NCBI RefSeq assembly: GCF_023511815.1
Contig: NZ_JAIMAV010000002.1
Coordinates: 7,352-71,351 of the forward strand
DNA from: Alicyclobacillus sp.
Lineage (GTDB): Bacteria; Bacillota; Bacilli; Alicyclobacillales; Alicyclobacillaceae
DNA length: 64,000 bases
Direction: 5' to 3'
The notes under the pieces are model-generated. The model saw only the letters and a program-made list of their open reading frames with translations. It had not been told where the DNA came from and did no database searches. Every line of letters begins with the position of its first letter. The stretch's first letter is position 1. This document shows, piece after piece, positions 45,933-53,113 of the stretch. The position numbers and the translations under genes are program-made.

Positions 45933-48572
45933 TCACGGTGTCAGCGTCCACGTCGCCCGCACCACAGGATGCGATCCCGCTTGACCGCTCGGCGCCGCAT
46001 CCTCCACCCGCCACACGGGACGGTAGCGCCCGTCCCACCACAGCGGGATCCCGTCGTCGTACCAGGGGGAAGCCGGATTCTCGCTCTGTCCGCCCGGATA
46101 GACGCCCTCGGCCCCCGCGCCCCAGTCGACGATGAAGCGCCAGCTCGGCCCCGCCTTCGACACCAGCCCGCCGCTCGCCGCGTCGACCGTCCAGCGGTCG
46201 CCGCCGCTCGGCCGGGGGCCGTACCCCAATGCGGGAATCTGCGCCAACGAGGGGAACTGCCGCGCGTGGAGTCTGCCCCACGTCCAATCCGCGGGTTGGC
46301 CGCCCAATTGCTTGGACAGATCCGCCACCGCCTCGCTGAACGCCTGGCGCATCACGTCCTTCGCGGTCCTCGGCGCGCGCCCCGGCGCCGTGAAGGCGGG
46401 GTTGTTCGGATCGAAGAGGGTCCAGGCCTCCAGGTCCTGGTTGAGCGAGGTCAATCCCGGGCCCACCCGCAGATCCGGATCCTGTTCCACCGGCACGTGG
46501 AGGGCGTCCCACCAGGGTTGGAACGTGTCCGTCAAATAGCGGTTCCAGAACGTCCACCACACGCTGGCCGCCGCCGAGTTGACCGCCATATCCCCGTCCC
46601 ATGTGGACAGCAGGTTCCGGGCGGCCCGCTCCTGTGCGGACAACGCCTGCCCGTCCAAGGCCTGCAGCAGTTTGGGCACCACCCGCTGCGCCAACAGGTC
46701 ATGGGTGTCGTTCTGCAGCGCCTCAAAATCCCGCATCGTCAGCATGCGACCCTTCTCCAGCGCGTCGTGGATCTGGGAGGCGCGGTATCCGGCGTCGAAG
46801 AAGTCCAACGTCGTCCCGATGTAGTAGGGATAGTCCGGTCCCACCTCGCGCTGATTTGCGGAGAACACGATGTGCGTGGGGGGATTGAACACCTGCGGGA
46901 TGTCGTCAAACGGAATCGTCCCGACGATGTCCGACTCTCCGGTCCCCGGCAGAGGCAACCACGGGTCGCCGTTGGGGATGATGGGATAATACCCGGCGGA
47001 GATGAGACCGATGTTCCCCGCGTCGTCCGCGTAGACGAAGTTCTGGGAAGGCGCGTGCCAGTTTTGCAGCGCATCGCGAAATTGCGTCCAATTCTGCGCC
47101 CTCAGCACTCCCAGGAGCACCTGCATGTCCGGCGAGGGCAGCGCCCCAATCCAGTCCACCGACAGCGTCTGACCCTTGGTCGTCATCACGGGCCCGTGAA
47201 CCGTCATCCACACCGTCAGGTGTTCGGGTGCGCGCCCTTTGACGGGGATGTCGTACTCGATCTTTTGCATGTCTCGCCAGGCGCCCTTCCAGTAGTACTG
47301 GTGGGGATGCGCCGAATCCGTCTTCTCTTCGTAGAAGAACGTCGCCTGGTTCTGCACGTTCGTCAGGCTCCATGCGATGTGCTGGTTCTTCCCGATCAAC
47401 ACCACCGGCGTCCCCGGAATGCTGACACCGCTGAAGTCATACGAGGGCGATCTCGCGGCCACCTGGTACCAAATCGCGGGCAGGGTCTGATTCAGGTGCG
47501 GATCGCCCGCCAGCATCGGCTTGCCGGACGCGGTCCGGGTGCCGTCCACGGCCCAGTTGTTGCTGTTCGATCCGTGGTGGATCGCCCCCGCCGGCAGGTC
47601 CTTCAACCGGCCGAGGACATCCAGAATGGCGGTGGTCATCGCCGCCGCCCCGCGCGAGGTGGCGTCCGCCGCAGCGGCCGCGGAGTCCTCCATGCCCGGT
47701 GTCGCCCGCGGCCCCGCCCCGGCGGACGGCGAAGGGGCGAAGGCCTCCTTGGAGAGCGACGCGGGGGTCGCCGTCAGGGACGGCTCCATCGGGGCGGGCG
47801 GATCCTTGCGGTAGGGGCCGGGATCGTACGGATGCTGTGCGTTGGGCGGCAGCACCGGGAACCACGCCATCGTCCGGTCGTAGCCGAGCGACTGCACCAG
47901 CAGGGCGTAGTCGAGCGGCGTCGTGGTGAAATCGAGCGTCTGCGTCATGTCCCCCTGGATGACCAGCGTGTCCACCGGCGTCCACGGCGCGGGTTCGTAC
48001 CCGAGAAGTTTGAACATCATCGGCAGCGTCCCCCGCGCCCGCTCCTCCCGGATGCAGGCGTTCACGCCGTCCGTGTAGGCCAACAGCGCCATGCGGGCGG
48101 GATCGTCCGGCTTCATCTGGTTCCACTCCCGCTCGGCGGTCCGCACAAGACCCAGCTGCAGCTCGAGCTCGTCGGAGGGCAGCGCCTTGGCCCCGACGAT
48201 CTCCGACAGCCTCCCCTCCCCCTGGCGGCGCATCAGATCCATCTGAAACAGGCGGTTTTTCGCGTGCAGATACCCCATCGCCAGGAACAGGTCGTGGTCG
48301 GTTCGGGCGTCGATATACGCGGTGCCCGCCTCGTCAAACCGCACCTGGACCGGCTGCACGAGACCCGGCAGCCGAAGCGCGGTGTCACCGGGCAGCATGG
48401 CGTCGCGAGCCGACGCCCACACCCCTGTCCCCGGGTTGAACGCCGCGCCCAGCGGCGGGAGAGGGCCCGCTCCGAACGCCGCCAGATACACCAGGGATCC
48501 CGTCGCAGCCGCCGCGACCACCACATTCGCCCATCTTCCCATGCGCCGACGCACGCTTGCACCGCCCTCCAC
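45933..48572 (-). CDS. Penicillin acylase family (S45, Ntn-hydrolase) protein
   Basis: DLFLAMGYLHAKNRLFQMD, the GSNSNNWAV (Ser nucleophile region) and GDPHL motifs. Start uncertain (48542, 48554 or 48572). Confidence 0.9.
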   Translation of the reverse strand: MEGGASVRRRMGRWANVVVAAAATGSLVYLAAFGAGPLPPLGAAFNPGTGVWASARDAMLPGDTALRLPGLVQPVQVRFDEAGTAYIDARTDHDLFLAMGYLHAKNRLFQMDLMRRQGEGRLSEIVGAKALPSDELELQLGLVRTAEREWNQMKPDDPARMALLAYTDGVNACIREERARGTLPMMFKLLGYEPAPWTPVDTLVIQGDMTQTLDFTTTPLDYALLVQSLGYDRTMAWFPVLPPNAQHPYDPGPYRKDPPAPMEPSLTATPASLSKEAFAPSPSAGAGPRATPGMEDSAAAAADATSRGAAAMTTAILDVLGRLKDLPAGAIHHGSNSNNWAVDGTRTASGKPMLAGDPHLNQTLPAIWYQVAARSPSYDFSGVSIPGTPVVLIGKNQHIAWSLTNVQNQATFFYEEKTDSAHPHQYYWKGAWRDMQKIEYDIPVKGRAPEHLTVWMTVHGPVMTTKGQTLSVDWIGALPSPDMQVLLGVLRAQNWTQFRDALQNWHAPSQNFVYADDAGNIGLISAGYYPIIPNGDPWLPLPGTGESDIVGTIPFDDIPQVFNPPTHIVFSANQREVGPDYPYYIGTTLDFFDAGYRASQIHDALEKGRMLTMRDFEALQNDTHDLLAQRVVPKLLQALDGQALSAQERAARNLLSTWDGDMAVNSAAASVWWTFWNRYLTDTFQPWWDALHVPVEQDPDLRVGPGLTSLNQDLEAWTLFDPNNPAFTAPGRAPRTAKDVMRQAFSEAVADLSKQLGGQPADWTWGRLHARQFPSLAQIPALGYGPRPSGGDRWTVDAASGGLVSKAGPSWRFIVDWGAGAEGVYPGGQSENPASPWYDDGIPLWWDGRYRPVWRVEDAAPSGQAGSHPVVRATWTLTP

Positions 48573-48728
48573 GTACCAACCGTTTGTTCACTTTCAGTAT
48601 AATCGGTGGATTGGTAAAAGGATAGAGAGAAATGAAACGCCTGCAAGGCCGGGGCGGCGCCGGCGTCGTTTCCTTCCTCCTCGAAAATTGGTATGCTGTG
48701 TCCGAACCATCGCGAGGAGGCCTGCGAC

Positions 48729-49583
48729 GTGCCGGAAACGAAAGAGGACCGCATTCTGCTGGGCGCCAACGTCTCGGTCGCGAAGACCGGCCTGTTGGCC
48801 GCCGTCGAAGAGACCATCTCGTACGACGCCAACACCTACATGATTTACACCCGCAGCAACCGGGGTGGAAAAGCACGGCCCATCACCGAGTTCCACCGCG
48901 ACGAGGGACTCGCCCTGATGGCCGAACACGGGATTGTCGATCCGGTGGTGCACCTCTCCTACCTGGTCAACCTGGCGAGCCCGAAGGAGGACACCTGGGA
49001 ATACGGCGTCTCGGTGCTCAAAGAAGAGATTGAACGGGTGGAATACCTGGGCTTCCGCTACATCGTCATGCACCCGGGCAGCCACGTGGGGGAGGGCGAG
49101 GCGTACGCCATCCGGCGGATCGCCGAGGCGCTCAACAGCATCCTCACCGGCGAGGAGAAGCTGTACATCTGTTTGGAGACGATGGCCGGGGACGGATCGA
49201 AAGTGGGGAACTCCCTGGAGGAGATTGCGGAGATCATCAGCCTCGTCCATCACCGGGACAGGCTGGCCGTGTGCATCGACACCTGCCACAACTACAGCTT
49301 CGGCTACGACATCGTGAACGACTTCGACGGATTCCTGCATCGCTTTGACGAGGTGATTGGCCTCGACCGCCTCAAGGTCGCGCACATCAACGACTCGAAG
49401 CATCCGCAGGGTTCGCGCAAAGACCGGCACGCCAACATCGGCGAAGGGTCCATCGGTCTGGAGGCGCTCAAGCGCATCGTGCATCACGAGGTGCTCCGCG
49501 GGATCCCGCAGATCCTCGAGACGCCGGGCGGCAAGTACAAAAGCGAGATCGATCTCCTGCTCGACCGCACCCCCACCGTCTGA
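48729..49583 (+). CDS. nfo: Deoxyribonuclease IV (endonuclease IV)
   Basis: Colinear with remembered B. subtilis YqfS/Nfo (VMHPGSH, LETMAG, CIDTCH, HINDSK...RKDRHANIG, ILETP). GTG after GAGGAGG. Confidence 0.92.
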   Translation: MPETKEDRILLGANVSVAKTGLLAAVEETISYDANTYMIYTRSNRGGKARPITEFHRDEGLALMAEHGIVDPVVHLSYLVNLASPKEDTWEYGVSVLKEEIERVEYLGFRYIVMHPGSHVGEGEAYAIRRIAEALNSILTGEEKLYICLETMAGDGSKVGNSLEEIAEIISLVHHRDRLAVCIDTCHNYSFGYDIVNDFDGFLHRFDEVIGLDRLKVAHINDSKHPQGSRKDRHANIGEGSIGLEALKRIVHHEVLRGIPQILETPGGKYKSEIDLLLDRTPTV

Positions 49584-49765
49584 CGACCCGCCCCGGCGCA
49601 TCCCCCAACAAGGGGTCACCCGGCGCCGGGGCGGCCCCGGTTTGCACAGAATCCTCTCTCAATTCCATCCATTATTTTGCACCGAGGCTCGATAGCAGGT
49701 TTATCTTTCCTCTCCTCTGTCCATGCTGGTAGAGAACGTAACCCGCATGGAAGGAGGAGGAAGAC

Positions 49766-50491
49766 GTGAATCGCAGTGAACGCGCCTGGCTCGCCGCCCT
49801 CGCGGGGTTGATCGCGGCGCCCGTCGTCGCCGGTGCGGCCGTGCTGTTGCCCACCACGACGTTGATAGACGACCGAATGCCGAGTTTCCACTTTCAGCCC
49901 ACCGAGGTGTACACCGTCAAACCGGGGGACACCCTCTGGAATCTCTCGGACCGGCTCGGCGTCCCTGTGGCGCAGCTCATCGCCGACAACCAGATTGTCA
50001 ATCCGGACATGCTGCACGTCGGGCAGAAGCTGATCTACCATCCCCCCGGCTGGCGGGACCCGGTCCGCTCCCTGCTCGGCTACGAGGTGCGCCGGACCCA
50101 GGACCCGGCACCGCAGACGCTGACATCCCGCAGCGGGGATCCCCTGCAGTTCCTGCCCCAGGGAACGCGCGTCATCTACTGCACCCTGACGGCCTACACC
50201 GCCGGCTATGAATCGACCGGAAAGCTGCCGGGTGATCCCCTGTACGGCGTGACCTCCACCGGCAAGCACGTGGTCGAGGGAGAAACCGTGGCGGTCGATC
50301 CGCGCGTCATCCCCTACGGCACCCGCGTCTTCATCCCGGGCGTCGGCTATCGGATCGCCGAGGACACCGGCGGAGCCATCGTCGGCAACCACATCGACAT
50401 CTATTACGACGACGTGCGGGTGGCCCGCAAATTCGGTGTGAAATACCACGTCCCGGTCTACATCCTGCCGAGCGATTCGAGCAACGCCTGA
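49766..50491 (+). CDS. LysM + 3D domain cell-wall protein (YuiC-like)
   Basis: LysM (YTVKPGDTLWNLSDRLGVPVAQLIADN) and 3D domain (VAVDPRVIPYGTRVFIPGVGYRIAEDTGGAIVGNHIDIY). GTG after GAAGGAGGAGG. Confidence 0.85.
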   Translation: MNRSERAWLAALAGLIAAPVVAGAAVLLPTTTLIDDRMPSFHFQPTEVYTVKPGDTLWNLSDRLGVPVAQLIADNQIVNPDMLHVGQKLIYHPPGWRDPVRSLLGYEVRRTQDPAPQTLTSRSGDPLQFLPQGTRVIYCTLTAYTAGYESTGKLPGDPLYGVTSTGKHVVEGETVAVDPRVIPYGTRVFIPGVGYRIAEDTGGAIVGNHIDIYYDDVRVARKFGVKYHVPVYILPSDSSNA

Positions 50492-50520
50492 CGGGCCGCC
50501 GCCCCGGCGGCCCTCCCGCG

Positions 50521-50574
50521 GGACCACGCAAAGGCCCTGGACCACGCAAAGGCGCGGGACCACGCGAAGGCGCG
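50521..50574. repeat. Three tandem 18-nt units (GGACCACGCRAAGGCSCK)
   Basis: Units at 50521-38, 50539-56 and 50557-74, read directly from the sequence. Intergenic. Confidence 0.8.
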
Positions 50575-50582
50575 GGCGCCGA

Positions 50583-50662
50583 CGCGCGTCACCGAGACCC
50601 GTCGGACGCCCTTTGGGAGGCGCGCGCCGCCGCGCGTTACCGGGACCCGTCGGACGCCCTTT
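50583..50662. repeat. 32-nt direct repeat (CGCGCGTYACCGRGACCCGTCGGACGCCCTTT) x2, 48-nt period; the second copy covers the last codons and stop of the small membrane-protein gene
   Basis: Copies at 50583-50614 and 50631-50662 differ at two positions. Confidence 0.75.
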
Positions 50663-50897
50663 TGTTGCGCAGCCATGCGCCGACCCAGCAGCCGAGCCAG
50701 GCGAGCATCACGTACAGCAACACCCACGACCAGAAGGTCAGGCTGAACCACGCCCACAGGGCCGCCAGCGTGCCGAACAGAACCAAGAACGTGCTGAGCC
50801 ACGCCGCCCGCCACAGATAGTACAGAACCAACGGAACGAAAAACGACAGCAGCGGGAACACGCCCGCGATCCACGTCATCACCCATCCGCCGAGCAT
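50637..50897 (-). CDS. Small Trp-rich membrane protein (3 TM)
   Basis: ATG preceded by AAGGGGAG. Three hydrophobic segments. No family recognised. Confidence 0.6.
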   Translation of the reverse strand: MLGGWVMTWIAGVFPLLSFFVPLVLYYLWRAAWLSTFLVLFGTLAALWAWFSLTFWSWVLLYVMLAWLGCWVGAWLRNKRASDGSR

Positions 50898-51076
50898 AGG
50901 ACACTCCCCTTGAAACCGACAGGATTCTCGTCACCGGCGCCCATCCCCGCCAACCCCGACCGATCGCCGCCCAGCCAGCGATTCCCGCCGTCATGACTTC
51001 CAGGCCCCTACACCGTCCATCCCGCGAAGCCCCCGGCCCCCTCATCCCCCAAGCGGCCTTGCATCCGCGGACCCCT

Positions 51077-53113
51077 TCACATGAAGCGGTGCCGCGCCGT
51101 CCGCCGACCGGCTGCCAGTTCCGCCCGAACCGCCGCCAGCAGGGCCGCGGCCACCTCCCCCTCGTGCGCCACCAGGTCTTCCTCCGTCCAACCCCCGGCG
51201 CGGAGGATGGCCAATCCTCTGTCGACCAGCTCCCAGGCGACCCACGGGTTCGGGACCACTTCGCCCAACGTCCGCGCCAGCCGCAGCCGGTTCACGGGGC
51301 CATCCGGCGGCTCCCTCCCCTCAGGGCCGTGAGGGGGCCGCCTGGCTTCATCGGGGAACTCGCTCGGCGAACCGTGCCCGTCGGTCACCGGACGCCCGGT
51401 TCCCGGCGGACGAAGCCGCCCAAGCCCGGAAAGCGCCAGCCCCCGCCCCGAGCTCGGCCCCTCGGGTGTCCACGCCGGCGCAGGCGTGCTCGATCGCGCC
51501 GCCACCGGTCCCTCCCCGGCCTCCCCCGAATCCGGTGCCCGCCGCGCCACCCGTTCCGCTGCCGGCGCATCACGGCGCCGGACCTTCGGGTCGCGGCCGG
51601 TCAGGACGTCGCCTGTTGGAACGCCGATGGAGTCGTGGACGGCGGGATCGTGGCCAGCGGGGCCGGGGCCGGCCGGCGGAGCCGTCGAGACCTGGACCAT
51701 GGCCGCGAGATCGCCAAGACCCTCTCTGGACAGCTCCTCCCGGATGGCAGAGACCAGGTCGCCCGCCTCGCGCCGAAAACAGAACACGTAACTCTCATCG
51801 AGCATCGGGATCCCCGTCTTTTGCACGTACGGCTGACGCAGGATCCGGCCGACCAGCTGCGTCATCGCGATCGCGGAGGAAGGGTTCGTCAGGACCGTCA
51901 ACACATACGCGAACGGGCAGTCCCACCCCTCCTGTAGGGCCTGTCTGGTGATGATGAACCGCACCGGACAGCTGCGCGCGAGCAGGTCCATGCCCTCGAT
52001 GTCGTCCCGCTCGCTCGACTTGACCGCAATCTGGTCCCGCGGAACGCGATGCGTGTGCACCAGCTCCCAGACCACGTCGTCGGCGTGGATGCGCCCGCTG
52101 GTCCGCTGATCCCGGCCGGTTCGCTCCACCTGGATCAGGCAGATGGGGCGGATGTACCGTCCGGATGCCGCCTCGAACTGCCGGGCGGCCTCCTCCAACC
52201 GGGCGCGCCACCGCACGCTCTCGGCGAGCGCGTCCTGCCAGTGCGGACCCGGCGCGTTCACCACGTGCAGGTCGAGTTTCACCATCTGCTCGGCCAAAAG
52301 TTCCCGCCCCGAGACACGGACGAGCACCGGGCTGCGCGCGGGCGGTGTCGCCGACAGCTCCACCATCAGGCTCGGATTGAAATTTAGGAGGGTCCGCTGC
52401 GCCCCCGCGCTGTACGCCCGCTGTCCTTCGTCGAGGATGAGCAGGGGTTCCGCCATGCGCAGCACATTGCCGAGCGAGGTTTTCACCTGCACCCCGAGCG
52501 GATCCTCCAACGACCCGTGGTGATCCAGGTTGGGCCAGCGTTCCAACAGGCGCCGGTGCGCGGGCCCGTCCCACTCCGGCGGAAAAAACGGCTCCCACCC
52601 GCCCTGATCTTGAAACAATCGCAGCGTCCGCCCATCGCGCCGGTTCGCCGACGGCAGCATCAACACCAGGATCACCAGCTGCTCCGCCAGATCAAGCGGA
52701 TGAAAGCGATCCGTCTTCTCCACCACCCGCACGCGTCCGCCGGTGGTCACATCCAGAAACTGGCGGTAGGGGTGCCCCCGGTCCCGCAGGGCCGCGAGCG
52801 TCTGCCGATAGATGCATCGGGTGGGCACCACCCAGAGCACGAGGCCCGTGCGCCGCCCCAAATAGAGGCGTTGCGCGAGGTCCATCACCCGCACGGCCAG
52901 GTACGTCTTGCCGCCGCCCGTCGGCAGCTGGATGCAAAACGCGGGCACCGGACGGCCCGACCCGGTTCGTCTTGGCCGATGCGGGGCGTCCGACACCGCC
53001 CGCCAGGCCCGCTCCACGAAATCCGGTCCGCCATCCCGCTCGGCCGCCAGCGCGCGCAGATACCGCTCCACAGCGTGCAGTGCCCGCGTCTGGTACGCCT
53101 TGAGCGGCATCAT
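51077..53113 (-). CDS. ResIII/DEAD-box superfamily-2 helicase, Type III restriction Res-like, with no recognisable endonuclease domain
   Basis: QLPTGGGKT (motif I), LILDEGQRA (motif II), LSATP (III), QALQEGWDCP and LVGRILRQP (VI). ATG overlaps the mod stop (ATGA at 53110-53113). C-terminal part is Pro/Gly/Arg-rich. Confidence 0.85.
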   Translation of the reverse strand: MMPLKAYQTRALHAVERYLRALAAERDGGPDFVERAWRAVSDAPHRPRRTGSGRPVPAFCIQLPTGGGKTYLAVRVMDLAQRLYLGRRTGLVLWVVPTRCIYRQTLAALRDRGHPYRQFLDVTTGGRVRVVEKTDRFHPLDLAEQLVILVLMLPSANRRDGRTLRLFQDQGGWEPFFPPEWDGPAHRRLLERWPNLDHHGSLEDPLGVQVKTSLGNVLRMAEPLLILDEGQRAYSAGAQRTLLNFNPSLMVELSATPPARSPVLVRVSGRELLAEQMVKLDLHVVNAPGPHWQDALAESVRWRARLEEAARQFEAASGRYIRPICLIQVERTGRDQRTSGRIHADDVVWELVHTHRVPRDQIAVKSSERDDIEGMDLLARSCPVRFIITRQALQEGWDCPFAYVLTVLTNPSSAIAMTQLVGRILRQPYVQKTGIPMLDESYVFCFRREAGDLVSAIREELSREGLGDLAAMVQVSTAPPAGPGPAGHDPAVHDSIGVPTGDVLTGRDPKVRRRDAPAAERVARRAPDSGEAGEGPVAARSSTPAPAWTPEGPSSGRGLALSGLGRLRPPGTGRPVTDGHGSPSEFPDEARRPPHGPEGREPPDGPVNRLRLARTLGEVVPNPWVAWELVDRGLAILRAGGWTEEDLVAHEGEVAAALLAAVRAELAAGRRTARHRFM

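Noticed and set aside
49584-49765. Possible c-di-AMP (ydaO-type) or other riboswitch upstream of the yuiC-like cell-wall gene
   Set aside because: The leader is only about 110 nt after the nfo terminator. I could not trace the conserved ydaO helices or ACGGGGA/CCCA-type motifs by eye. Not supportable without a covariance-model scan.
50521-50662. Possible CRISPR array
   Set aside because: There are only 2-3 directly abutting units of 18 and 32 nt with no unique spacers of CRISPR length. There are no cas genes or leader.
50458-51045. 195-aa minus-strand ORF translating the tandem repeats as RAFAWS x3 and KGVRRV(P/S)VTR x2
   Set aside because: It overlaps the RBS-supported small membrane-protein gene in another frame. 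It has no RBS, and the periodicity is explained by DNA-level tandem duplication.
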